Shown here: one piece after another, positions 34,163 through 45,263 of the stretch
Position numbering within the stretch: the first letter of the stretch is position 1
Layout: each line of letters opens with the position of its first letter
Assembly (NCBI GenBank): GCA_965243135.1
Contig: OZ251539.1
Location: 288,001 to 352,000 of the forward strand
Length of the DNA: 64,000 nt
Source: Alphaproteobacteria bacterium
Lineage (GTDB): Bacteria; Pseudomonadota; Alphaproteobacteria; MPNO01; UBA830
Reading direction: 5' to 3'
Program-made: the position numbers and the translations under genes
The notes under the pieces: model-generated
What the model was told of the DNA's origin: nothing
The model's input: the letters and a program-made list of their open reading frames with translations, nothing else
Databases searched by the model: none

Positions 34163-35111
34163 ATGTACCTCGCTCCAGCGGAGCAATGCCTGCCGCCCGA
34201 CTCTCTCCGCTTCAAGAGCATGGGCCAAATCGGAAAGGCGAGCAGGGAATTTTCGGTGGATTCCGGAGACGGCCGGGCCCGAGAAATCCTCGACTCCTAC
34301 AGGGAATACAGGCTCAACTGCATCCGGACGAGTCTCTTTCTTCTCAGGAAATCGGTTCTCCCGCAGCGGGTTCTGGTCAGCGCGTGCCTGAAGAGGCTCG
34401 AGAGCGTGCGCCGAAAAATGGAGAGAACGCCGGGCATTGTCCTGAACGGGATGGACGACGTCATCGGTTTCCGGGTTGTCTGCGAGTCCCTCGACGAAGC
34501 CGTCGCTCTCGGCGGGCGGATCGAGCGCGAGGTGCCGGCCAGAACGAAGAACTACATCGAAACCGTCCACGGGTACCGGATACAGGGCGATACACGCGAT
34601 CGCGCGGTTCGGGCAGCCGCTGGGCGACCGTCATGTAACCGCGCGGTTCGAGATCCAGGTCAGAACCTGGTACCAGCATCTCTAGGCCTGTTGGAGCGAA
34701 AGCTTCGGCGAACAGGCCTAGGAAGGCTTCACGAACGCGGAAGGCGACGACATGGAGGAAGTCAAGCGCCTGAAGCGGATCCTCAACGATCGCTCAAGCA
34801 GGGTCGCCCGTTGGGAGGAAGCGCACTCCGCGGAGCGGCAGGCGCAACTGCCGCCGTTCGCCGATCCCTACAATCTGGCGGTCGCTTGGGTCAAGCCGTC
34901 GGATGACTACGGTTTCGTTCCTTGCGACACGGATGTCGATGCGGCCGTCAGGAATCTCCTCTACCTTGAAGGGCAAAGATGCGTCCATCCATTGCTACTC
35001 GCAGGAGTTGCCGACAGTCCGCAGCTCAAGAACGTACTCACGCGGACGCATCCGAACTTCGTAGGAGGCATGTCTCTGGATCCAGAGGAATGGCTTCCGG
35101 CCGGAGATTGA
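34163..35111 (+). pseudogene. RelA/SpoT (small alarmone synthetase-like) domain gene, frameshift plus two TAG stops
   Basis: 'LKRLESVRRK', 'DDVIGFRVV', 'NYI', 'GYRAIH', 'FEIQVRTWYQHL*A'. Confidence 0.82.
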
Positions 35112-35143
35112 CCGGTTCGACGCGGCCGCCGTGCGAGCGTACG

Positions 35144-35865
35144 TCAGGCGAGGGAGGCGATGCGGCGGGACACAGCAGGCCAATCGATGTCAGGGGTCAT
35201 ATGGCACCAGGGCACCCGGACGGCCCCGGCAGCGTCCGCTTCCGGAAGTCCCATCGCGGCGAGGACATGACTCGGCTCGTAGCTTTGCGACGTACAGGCC
35301 GAACCGTTCGACACTGCAATCAGGTCCTTGAGGGCGACCATGAGCGCTTCTGCGTCCACGCCCTCGACGGAAAAGTTCAGAACGTGAGGCAAGACCAGCT
35401 CCTGATCTCCGTTCAAGCGGATTTCGAAAGAGGAGAGCGCCTCCAGCGCGGCGGTCTGGATCTCCATGCACCACTCGCGGCGGATCGCGTGGTCGCGCTC
35501 GGCGATGTCCGCGGCCAGTCCCATGCCGGCGACAAGGGGAACCGGCAACGTTCCGTGGCGCAGGCCGCGCTCCTGTCCTCCGCCGAAGGCGTTGGACGCA
35601 ACGGTGCCCTCCGGAAGCCGGGGCGGCGAACGATCAGACATCCTACCCCTACGGGACCGTGAACCTTGTGAGAGCTCACGCTGATCATGTCGATGCGCCT
35701 GTTCCGCAGAGGCTCAAGGTCCTTGCCGAACCCTTGCGTTGCATCGACGTGAAAATACGCGGAATGGCCCTCAAGAAGATCCGCGACCTCGTCGAGCGGC
35801 TGGAGAATGCCGGTCTCATTGTTCGCATGCATGATCGAGACGAGAACGGTGTCCGGACGGAGTAC
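35144..35865 (-). pseudogene. dndA: DndA/IscS-type cysteine desulfurase, 5'-deleted and frameshifted
   Basis: 'MHANNETG', 'HVDATQ', 'SSHKVHGP', 'SNGSACTS'; dnd context. Confidence 0.85.
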
Positions 35866-35879
35866 GCCCGCACCGCCGA

Positions 35880-36621
35880 CGCCAGCGTTCCCGACGGAGA
35901 TGCCGCTTCGGAGGCGGCGAGCCGAAGGGAAGAGCTGCTCGCCTCCATTGCCTCTGCGGGGGAGGAAATTTCGGCGATGGACAACGAAATCGAGCGCCTC
36001 GAACGCGAGACCGAGCGGCACGGGCAGACGCTGTCCCGCCTGCTGGAAGCCGACGCAAGGGCGGAGGGTTTGCGCGAGGATCGCCGCCGTGTGCTGCGCC
36101 ACTCGGCCCTCGTCAGGACGACGCTCGGGACGTTCAGGAAGGCGGTCATCGTGCGGCACGTGCGCAGGATCGAGCGGCTCGTCCTTGAGAGCTATCGGCA
36201 GCTGTTGCGGAAGGAGTCGCCGGTGACCCGTCTTGAGATCGATCTCGAGCGCTTCGCCCTCACGCTCTACGGGCGGGATGGCCGCGCGCTGGGCACCGAT
36301 CGCCTGTCCGCCGGCGAACGCCAGCTCCTCGTGATCGCACTGTTGCGGGGCCTCGCGAAGACCTCGGGACGGCCGTTGCCGACCGCCATCGACGTGCCGC
36401 TCGGGCGGCTCGACGCCGGGCACAGGACGCATCTGGTGGAGCGGTATTTTCCGTTCGCGAGCCACCAGGTCCTGCTGTTCTCGACGGACGAGGAGATCGT
36501 CGGATCCCATCTGGAAAAGCTTCGATCGTTCATCGGGTGCAGCTACCGTCTCGATTACGACGACGCCAGCGGCAGCACTCGGATCGAGGAGGGGTACTTT
36601 GACGGGGCAGAGGCGGCGTGA
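35880..36621 (+). pseudogene. dndD: DndD C-terminal remnant
   Basis: 'LSAGERQL', 'IDVPLGRLD..HR', 'YFPFASHQVLLFSTDEE', 'EGYF'; the Walker A half is missing. Confidence 0.88.
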
Positions 36622-37046
36622 TGGCGGTCGAGACCGTGAGGGTATCGCAGCGGGCGAAGGACCAACTGATCAAGTTGAAGCGGGTGACGGGGATCGAGCA
36701 CTGGAACGTGCTCTGCCGGTGGGGCTTCTGCCTGTCGATTGCCGAGGAAGGAATTCCGCCGGCGGCGGAGATACCGCTGGACAGCAACGTCGAGATGAGG
36801 TGGCGGGTGTTCGGTGGCTGGCACGCCGATCTCTACCTTGCGCTGTTGAAGGAGCGCCTGTGCCGGGACGAACTTCCGACCGACCCCGAGACCGTCGCGA
36901 GGCAGTTCCGGTTGCACCTGCATCGCGGGATTTCGTATCTGGCCGCCGGCCGAACTGTGGGCGGATCCGGTGGCCTGATTTCCATGGCGATTGCCGGAAA
37001 GGATCGGACTGCGGTTTCTCCGGACCGGTCCGTCGCCGGACCCTGA
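36621..37046 (+). CDS. dndE: DNA sulfur modification protein DndE
   Basis: 'LKRVTGIEHWNVLCRWGFCLS', 'FRLHLHRGI'. Confidence 0.93.
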   Translation: MAVETVRVSQRAKDQLIKLKRVTGIEHWNVLCRWGFCLSIAEEGIPPAAEIPLDSNVEMRWRVFGGWHADLYLALLKERLCRDELPTDPETVARQFRLHLHRGISYLAAGRTVGGSGGLISMAIAGKDRTAVSPDRSVAGP

Positions 37047-37222
37047 TGGCCGTGCGGCCGAGCGCCGAGAACCTGCGTTGCTCCGTTGAACACGGCGTTG
37101 CGGGGGTTCGTACCGCGCCGCGCCTTGCCCTTGCCGAGGCCCTGTGTTTTACATCGAGTTGACGGAGGGGATACAATCGCTGCATATAGAATCACTGTCT
37201 GCTTTGGCGAGAGGTGGGAATA

Positions 37223-37942
37223 ATGTCGGACTTGGGGAACGCAATCAAAAATGCTCGACAAGAACGTGGCTGGTCTCAAGGCGAGCTCGCCGAACGAATC
37301 GACGTAGCGCAAGGCCTTGTGAGTCGTTGGGAAACCGGAAAATCCGATCCCAGCCACTACCTCGAAGAATTGCAGCAAGTTCTTGGACAAAATCTCAATA
37401 CAGAATTTGCGCAATGGTTATCTGAGGAAAGGAAAAAAAGAAAAAAATCCATAAACGAACTGGCAATGTTGGCTGGCGTATCTAGTGTGACGATAGGTAA
37501 TATTGAAAATGGGAAAACAACACCACAGAAAAGAACAATCGATAAGTTGGAAAGAGTATTGGGTGAGGCAGGTCCGAAAAGAGAATTTCTTGCAGCAGAT
37601 GAAGACGACGAAGACGACGAAGACGAGGGGTTATTGCCCGGCGATATTTTGGATTTTGATCCGCACAGTGACAGCGAAATAAGGAAGTTTTTGAAGGATG
37701 TAAAAGGGATATATCTATTGCGCGGGCGAAACCGCGAGCCGGTATATGTAGGAAAGTCAAACACTAGTTTAGCTACCAGAGTTTCTCAACATAAGGAAAA
37801 ATTTTGGTATAAATCTCCGGTGATAACGCACGGGTCTTATATCGTGGTAAATAACAAGAAGTTATGCAATAGAATGGAAAAGATTTTGATTGAGCTATTG
37901 AACCCTTTGGTCAATAAGAACGATACCAAGAAAGGTGAATGA
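37223..37942 (+). CDS. Tandem XRE-HTH plus GIY-YIG nuclease-domain protein, low GC
   Basis: Two HTHs ('VSRWETGK', 'IGNIENGK'), acidic linker, 'GIYLL..PVYVGKS..RV..H', 'E..LI', 'N'. Confidence 0.8.
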   Translation: MSDLGNAIKNARQERGWSQGELAERIDVAQGLVSRWETGKSDPSHYLEELQQVLGQNLNTEFAQWLSEERKKRKKSINELAMLAGVSSVTIGNIENGKTTPQKRTIDKLERVLGEAGPKREFLAADEDDEDDEDEGLLPGDILDFDPHSDSEIRKFLKDVKGIYLLRGRNREPVYVGKSNTSLATRVSQHKEKFWYKSPVITHGSYIVVNNKKLCNRMEKILIELLNPLVNKNDTKKGE

Positions 37943-38270
37943 CTGAGGTTCTCGTCAGTAAAAACTGGCATGCGTCAGGGTCGCGGGTCGGATCAAGGAA
38001 GGATCCCCGCTCGGACTGAGAGAGGATACCGTTGCCATGCCTGCAACATCATTGGTCCAAAAGAAAGTTCGCCGGAAATATGGTCTTGGCAGCGATGCCC
38101 CCGAGGCTTGACCGACTGCCAACGGTAAGGAACCGTGTCGGTGGTGCGTCGACCGCGTCGGATTCGTGGACGCGCCTTCGCCGAACGAGGTATGCGACGG
38201 CCTTGCATGGCCGCGACCGCCCGTTCGGCGGTTGAATGCAGCCGCCCAACGGCTTGCGGTTCTGAGAACC

Positions 38271-39188
38271 ATGCGTGACGAGGTGCGATTCCTTGATCGT
38301 GTTGAACGGCTGGGGGTCATGAACCAGAAAGGCATGCGCGCTCCTCACAAGCCGCTGTTGTTGTTGCTTGCGCTCGGGAGAGTACTTGCCGGACACGAAC
38401 GCCTCGAATTCTACGCCGTTCTCGAAAATCCGCTCAAGCGTCTTCTCGTTTTGTACGGGCCGCCCCGGAAAAGACTGCGGCCGGAGGCCCCGTTCGGCTG
38501 GTTGCGCACGGATGACTTGTGGGACATTCCTGACGATGGCAGGCTGCCCGTCAATTCCTGGGGCACGCTCAACCGGAGCGGGTTGGTCCGACACGCTGCG
38601 CAAGGCGGCTTCCCGGAGGACATCTTTCGACTGCTCAGGCGCGACCCCGATCTCGTCCGGCGGGCCGCGCAACTTCTTCTCGACAGACATTTCCCCCGGT
38701 CTCTGCACGAGCGCATTCTGGCGTCCGTGAACATTTCGGCGGATCCCGCGGCGCGCTGGGTCCGGACAACGGAACGGAGCCGCGCGTTCCGGAAAGAGGT
38801 ATTGCTGGCTTACGAATCTCGTTGCGCCGTGTGCGGCTACGACCTCCGGATGAACGACGAGGTTGTCGGGCTCGACGCCGCGCACATCAAATGGCACTCC
38901 CAAAACGGTCCGGATATCGTTCCGAACGGGCTCGCGTTGTGCGCCCTTCACCATGAGGCGCTGGACCGTGGCGCGCTCGGGCTCCGTTCCATGCGGGAGC
39001 CCGGACGTTTCGCCATCATCGTATCGGACGTCGTCGACACCCGTAACGAGACAGGGAGGCTGTTTCTTCAGCTGCAGGACGGGCTGCTTCGCTCTCCGGC
39101 AAGCGTCGAATTGGCTCCAAGGCCAGCGTTCGTTGCATGGCACGGACGCGAGGTTTTTCGGGGACAGCTGGCGGTTTCGTCCGGCTGA
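38271..39188 (+). CDS. SBD-HNH phosphorothioate-dependent restriction endonuclease-like protein
   Basis: 'RAPHKPLLLL', 'PFGWL..D.LW', 'CAVCG', 'AAHI..H', 'NGLALCALHH'. Confidence 0.85.
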   Translation: MRDEVRFLDRVERLGVMNQKGMRAPHKPLLLLLALGRVLAGHERLEFYAVLENPLKRLLVLYGPPRKRLRPEAPFGWLRTDDLWDIPDDGRLPVNSWGTLNRSGLVRHAAQGGFPEDIFRLLRRDPDLVRRAAQLLLDRHFPRSLHERILASVNISADPAARWVRTTERSRAFRKEVLLAYESRCAVCGYDLRMNDEVVGLDAAHIKWHSQNGPDIVPNGLALCALHHEALDRGALGLRSMREPGRFAIIVSDVVDTRNETGRLFLQLQDGLLRSPASVELAPRPAFVAWHGREVFRGQLAVSSG

Positions 39189-39539
39189 CCTCCGGTTCGG
39201 CCGTGACGGCGGCCGCTCGAAAAAAGCGTTGGTCCTGCATAGGCTCGCGAGAACGGAACGGGTTCGGGTTTCGCCCGGATTTGTCGCGTGGCGGTTTTGC
39301 GAGCAAATCACGAACGCCGGCTCCCGGTCCGCGTCGGCGCTTCCCGAAGGTTGCAGCAAGCAGGGCGAATTCAAGAATGGCGCGGTCATTGTCAAGCGCC
39401 GCCTTCGAGGAGGCAGCAGCGGCACGAGATCCGCGTCGGCGAGACGATGTCGGTGCGAAGAGACGACGGCGGTGCGAAGAGATGGCAGCGGTGCGGACAG
39501 CGCGAGGCAGCGGCGCGAGAGGCGAGGCCACCGGGTCAG

Positions 39540-41190
39540 AAGACCTCGGTGGTCAGCTCTCGAACGGCCTGGCGCGAATCGTAGTGCCGGTGAGCCTGCG
39601 GCAGATAGTCGAAGCGTCCGCGCAACCGAACGATGGAGGCGTTGCGGGCCAGTGCGCGGGCACTGCCGCCGACGTGGTTGCGGCGGCGATCCTCGTCGTA
39701 AGTCATGTCGCGAACATGCCGGTTCTCGATTTCCCAGTGACGGCGAGCGAGAATCTCGGCAGGTCCTCCGCGCGACGGCGGGATGGAAGTTACTCCGTAA
39801 GCGATTTCCGAAGTTGTCCCGACGCCTTTCTGAGTTTCTGACGTGTGCGTACGGAATGCCTGCCGTCGTCCGGGCAGTTCGACGTACCCGTCCCAGGTTT
39901 TATCGAGTTCGACGACCAGACAATTGCGAGTGTCGATTCGACCGTGCGTTTTTCGACCGTCTCGCTTTTACCGACTTCCTGATCGTTCCAGCGCTTTCAT
40001 CGAGTATCGTTTTCTGGTTGCCCTTGACAACCATAGTCGGCTCCCATGTCCAAGATCAACTGGGTAGTTTCGACCTGAGGGCATCGGCGGTCACAATACG
40101 CCCGGATAACTCCATGCTCCGCAACAATTTTCGCGCAGCCGGAATCTCGTTTGACTTGTCCGCGACTTTCACCTGACCGCAACCGGTTTCATGCTCGACA
40201 GCGCCGACGACATCCGTCCCCTTGCCGTGACGCTCCGCGCACGGATTTCCCGTCGAGGCTTCCGTTGGGATCCTGGTATTGTGCGGTCCATTCTCGCAAA
40301 GCCTTGTCAAGGGCTTCCGGGTCGACATTCGAAAGCACGCGATGGAAGGTAGCTCGGGGCCGTCCGGATTCCGTCGCCTTTCATCCATGAGCGCACCTCC
40401 GCCAGCTGCGATTGATTCAACTTCCCAGAAAAGTATGCTATGTCGGTCAGACTGAAAAACCCGCATAGTTGCGCCGCTATCGCGAGAACCGTTGCCAAAG
40501 CGCTGACCACGACGACTTCGGAAGTCCGGCACCGTACTCAAATACTCGTACAGACTCCCCGTGATCCGGTATCTCGTCTACGTTCAATGTCTTACACTTC
40601 CAGATCTTATTATCGGAAAGCATGCAAAGTTGCTTGCGGGCATCCTTTTCCAGCTCGAACATTTTTCTGGACGTTCCATGTTCGCGGTAACCGCCGCCCG
40701 CGTTCAAACCCTTTTGTGAACCCAACGACTCGCCAGTTCGCCGCCTGGTAACACATTCCCTCGAAACGGTCCGGATCTACAAAAGTCTCCGCCATCAGGA
40801 CTGGATGGCCGTATGCCGCCTGAAAGTCGTCCGACAGACGCTGGGTGCTGAGGGATATGGGACGCCAGGTTGTGTTGCCGCCAACGCGGAAGAATCAGCA
40901 AGCGTGCGTTGTTCGCCACAAGATGCAACCGGCGGCCGCGCTGCTCGGGCGTCCAGCCGACCCTCGCGCGCTCGCAGCCGCCAGGCCCCGGCTTTCCAAC
41001 CCAGCAACGCCACCCATTCCCCGTTCGGAGCCACGGCGACATGCCGCACCGCCTCGCCGACCATGCCGCGGAACTGGAGGTAATGATGCTTCCGCATCGT
41101 CTCGTCCCACCGGTCGCGTTCGGCCCGGTCGAACACCGGCCGAACGGCGATGTCGTTCGGCCCCCACATGTTTTTCATGGACGGCACATT
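39540..41190 (-). pseudogene. ISAs1-family transposase with N-terminal DUF4338 (DruA-like) domain, heavily degraded
   Basis: 'HHYL', 'NNARLLILP...NLAS', 'ETFVD', 'KSNEIPA', 'TADAL', 'HWEIENRH.RDMTYDED'. Confidence 0.8.
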
Positions 41191-41609
41191 GGCGGCAAAA
41201 ACCGGAAATGTCTAGAAAAAAATTACTCGTCGGTATTTCATTCATCCCCTTCTTGAACGGCCTTTTCCTTTCATTATCATTAGGTTAGGCCGAAAGATAA
41301 ATTCGCCCTGTTGCAGCAAGGTCGATCCATTCGGCGGCGAGCGTTTTCGATGCCGCCGGGCGGGCGACGAGCGCCGACCGGCGGTGCCGGCGGTGCCGGC
41401 GCTGCCTCCAACGCGATCAAGTGTCGGCGCCGTAGGCGCGCCGCGATACTGAGTCTTCCTGAGGATTCGCTGTTCGCATGGTGCCGGGCTCACCCTGACG
41501 AAGCGCCAGCTTTCGCGGGGGAGGTTCTGCCGGTTCTTGTCTCCCGCGAGGCCGACGCGCCCGAAATTCACCCGGTCACGGCTAGTGCTTTATCAGAATA
41601 TTATATTAC

Positions 41610-43077
41610 GCCCCTTCAAGTGTGAAGTGCAATATTCCGGATGTGGTGGCTGACCGACCGTTTGCATCAAGATGTTGCGGAAAGGTCAGGCGATGCGGAT
41701 AATCTCTGTGAGTTCAAAAACGGAGATTGGGCCAAGGCCTACCATCACCTGACCCACGACGAACGTTGCCAGATTGGCATGATGAAGGAAAGCGGCGAAT
41801 CGGGGGCCGCGATAGCGAGGCGGCTCGGCCGCAACCCCTCGACGATCAGCCGCGAACTGACCCGCAATGCGAGCCGGCGCGACCCTTCCAGCCGCGACCC
41901 TTCCAGCTGCGACCCGACCCGCGACGCGGGCCAGCGCGACTACGACTTCGCGCAGGCCGACCGGCTGGCGGCCGAGCGCCGCAGCGCGGCTTCGGCGCAG
42001 CCTCGGAAGATGACCTCGGAGTGGTGGGGCGAAGTCGACGAGAAGTTGGCCCTGCAGTGGAGTCCGGAACAAGGACGCCTGCGCCTTGAGGGTCGAGCGG
42101 TTAGCCACGAGTGGATCTACAGACATGTGTGGAAGGACCGGGAGGCTGGCGGAACGCTGTTCCGACATCTGCGGCGACGCGGCAAGAAGCGGAACTCGCG
42201 TGCCAAAGGCCAGGCAGGCCGCGGCTGCATTCCCGGCCGGGTGGACATCGCCGAGCGCCCGGAGATCGTCGAGGAGAAGTCGCGGGTCGGGGACTGGGAG
42301 GGCGACACGATCGTGGGGTCGCGCCACCGGGGCGCCGTGCTGTCGCTGGTGGACCGCGCCTCCAAGTTCACGTTGCTGGCCCTGCTCGGCGGCAGGACGG
42401 CCAGGGAAACGGGCCGGGCGATGCGCAGGTGTCTGGAGCCGTACAAGGAGTTCGTGCACACGATCACGACCGACAACGGCAAGGAGTTTGCGGCTCACAG
42501 GGCGGTCGCCAAGGCTCTGGAGGCGTTGTTCTTCTTCGCGCAGCCGTACCACTCCTGGGAGCGCGGCCTGAACGAGCACACGAACGGGCTGGTCCGCCAG
42601 TACTTCCCGAAGGCGACCGACTTTCGCAAGCTGGACCCCGCCGAACTCGAGCACGTCGAGACCCTGCTCAACAACCGGCCGCGCAAGGCGCTGGGCTACC
42701 GAACTCCTGCGGAAGTTTTCAAGCAGGGACTGGCGGAGCGACCGGCCTCTCAGGCATGACCTGACCCGGCTGCTCGCCGGGGTTCACACGCGCAGCCGGC
42801 AAGGCTGTCGCCGGGCTGCAACGGCCTGCGCCCTGCGCGTCGGGGCGGTCGCGCCGCGCCGGTTCGCGGCGCAGGACAAACGGCGGTCGTCGGCCCGGCC
42901 ATGGGGCAGAGGGGGATTTTTTCGCTGCGGCAGGGGCGTTCGCCTCCGGTCGGGCTACGCCCTCCCTGCGGCGAACGCCCCTGCCGCCCCGGCGCCTTGA
43001 CTCGCCGGCCAACCCATACTGCCTCGGCGACAGGGATTGCCGACCGTCGGTATTGCACTTCGGAGTTGATAGCGGGT
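41610..43077 (+). mobile_element. IS30-family element; transposase ORF 41641-42759
   Basis: 'PSTISREL', 'WSPEQ', 'GDWEGD', 'DNGKEF', 'WERGLNEHTNGL'; imperfect IR gaagtgcaata/tattgcacttc. Confidence 0.9.
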
Positions 43078-43576
43078 TAGGATAAACTGATTTCAACTTG
43101 CAACGGGCGTCGTCGATTTTCATCTGCCAGTCCACGCCCCGCTGCCGCTCGTTGACGTCGACAGCCCACGCCGAGATTTCGGCCTGGAGGGTCTCAAGGT
43201 CGCCGAGCCGACGATGGCGCAGGCACTGCCGGGTCATGGAGCTGAGTTCGTTCTCCGCGATGTTCAGCCAGCTCCCGTGCTTCGGCGTGTAGCAGAACTC
43301 GATTCGCTTGACCAACTTCCGTGCCCGCTCGGGTTCGAACGCCTCGTAGAAAGCTCCTGGCGTATGGGTGTTGAGGTTGTCGCACACGAGGGTGACCTTC
43401 TCGCAGTCCACGTAGCGGCCCTCCAGCAGGTCGGCGACTTCCTCGGCCCAGTCCACTTTCGTTCTGCGCTTGCGAGCCGTCGCCCGGCGCCAGGAGGACA
43501 GGGCCTCGCAGAACATGAAGATCGACGCGGTGCCCGCCCGTTCGTACTCGTAGTCGACGCGTCGCGGATGATCTTT

Positions 43577-45263
43577 GTTGTGTAACTACCCCGAGCTGCC
43601 GGCCGCACGAAACCGTTCCGCGAATCGAAGATTTTTTCGCGGCGGTCTTCGCCGTTCGAGAATTCAGGATTGCGACGCTGAGGGCTGCCCCGTAACGCCC
43701 TGTCTTCGCGCCGCGCCGCTTGAACCCGGAACGGTTATGTCGCAGCGCTCAGGCTGCCTGCAGCGCCCGTGCCCGCCGTTGCCGCCGCGCCGCCCGTTGC
43801 GGCTTGACACGCGCCTTCGTCGTCCCGCGACGTTGTACGTTTCGAGCATGCGGATCCACCGAGGAGCGTTGCGCTTCACCATCATCGCTTCGTAGTCGGT
43901 CTCGGGGTCCCGGTAAGGCTTGCCGGTCCGAAGGACGCAGTAGACCACGCGAAGCAGCTTGTGCGCAGTGGCGACGATGGCGCGATCCGCAGCGGACCCG
44001 AAGCGCTTTGTGGTAGCCTTGGAACTGACAGTTGTCGGTTCGCGCTGCGCCGTGCGCACACCAGCACCTTGCGCAGCGTCGGGTTGCCCTTACGGCTTCG
44101 TCCGCTGCGCCGCTTGCCGGCGCTTTTGTCGTTGCCGGGGCACACGCCGGACCAGGCGGCGCAAGGCGGAACCGAATACGCCAATGTCGGGACCGATCAG
44201 GATAGCGCAGGCCGATTCCCTGTCGATCCCGGGGATCGTCTGCAAGAGAAGAAGTTGCTTCTCGAAGCCGTCGAGGCCTTCCCGAATGAGTTTGTCGTAG
44301 CATGCGATCTTCTGGCTCGCGTAGTCGTGGCAGCAAGTCGCCAAGAATTTGCCGACTGTACGGGGCGAGGTTGTAGGCAAGGGCTTCGCGTATCGCGTTT
44401 GTCCGCAACATGACGGGACGCGACGATTTCCTCCCGCGGCTCTTCGTCGACCATTCCGCGAAGGATGCGCATCCCGTTGACGCCGAACACGTCCGAGAGC
44501 ACCCCGCCGATGCCGTCGCGGTCCAGGATCTTGTGAACGCGGTTGCGCAGTCGGGCGCAGTCGTCGATCATCCGTCGCCGATGACGACTCAGCACGCGCA
44601 GACGCCGGAACTCGCGCGGCAGGACCAGACTCGGAGCCGCCAGACCGAACTGGCAGGCCAGCCACATGCTGTCGGCGACATCCGTTTTCCGGCCCCTGTT
44701 TGACGTGCTGCGCGTGCAACAGGTCAACGTGGATGCCGGCGTCTTCCAGCGCGGAAGCTCCCAAGCCGGTCGCCTCCATCGCGGCGGCGGTCACGCCGTG
44801 ACCACGCAACCACGCCACGAGATCGCGCATTCCGCTTTCCAGGGTGCCGAAAGCCTCGGTCTCGGTCTCGGGATCGCCGCCCTCCGGCGAACATAATCGC
44901 ACCGTCGCGGTGATCTCCATCTTGTGAACGTCCAGACCCGCTGCGCACGGGTGGACGACATGCATTTTGTCGGTTAGCATCGACGCCTCCATGTGAGAGT
45001 TGGGCGGGGGACCTTCGGAACGCAAGTCACGCACCGGTTCGGCGCGGATCATTTTGTTGTGCGTCCACAGCGCGGGGCCGGGAACAATACGGGGCTCGAG
45101 GCCGTCGGTCCGGGTACAGTTTGGTTTCGGGAAACCAGCGTTCACCGCAAAGAAATCGTCCACGTGCCTGCCAACAGTCTAACCCAATGATCGTCGGGCA
45201 GGCACGACGCCAGCAAAACCACCAGTTACATGCTACGGGGCGAGCAGGCGCCGATCATGAGAG
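43577..45263 (-). mobile_element. IS110-family element, frameshifted recombinase (~43830-44979)
   Basis: 'GLDVHK', 'MEATG', 'RKTDVADS', 'TIPGI', 'CPGNDKSAGK'; no TIR; TTT core at both junctions; splits the IS630 'ATK|DHPRR'. Confidence 0.88.
44995..45200 (-). ncRNA. Candidate IS110 bridge RNA
   Basis: Non-coding end upstream of the recombinase contains ACCAAA (target-left match) followed by CACAACAAA (exact donor-left match). Confidence 0.6.

Noticed and set aside
34680-34725. TAG readthrough or recoding (TAGs at conserved W/K positions, also at ~22337)
   Set aside because: The same genes also carry frameshifts, and intact genes such as xsc and repC end in TAG
40600-41190. Druantia defence system
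   Set aside because: Only a DUF4338 remnant attached to ISAs1; no DruE helicase
41878-41915. 15-bp tandem repeat (RDPSS) inside the IS30 transposase
   Set aside because: Simple in-frame slippage with no sign of function
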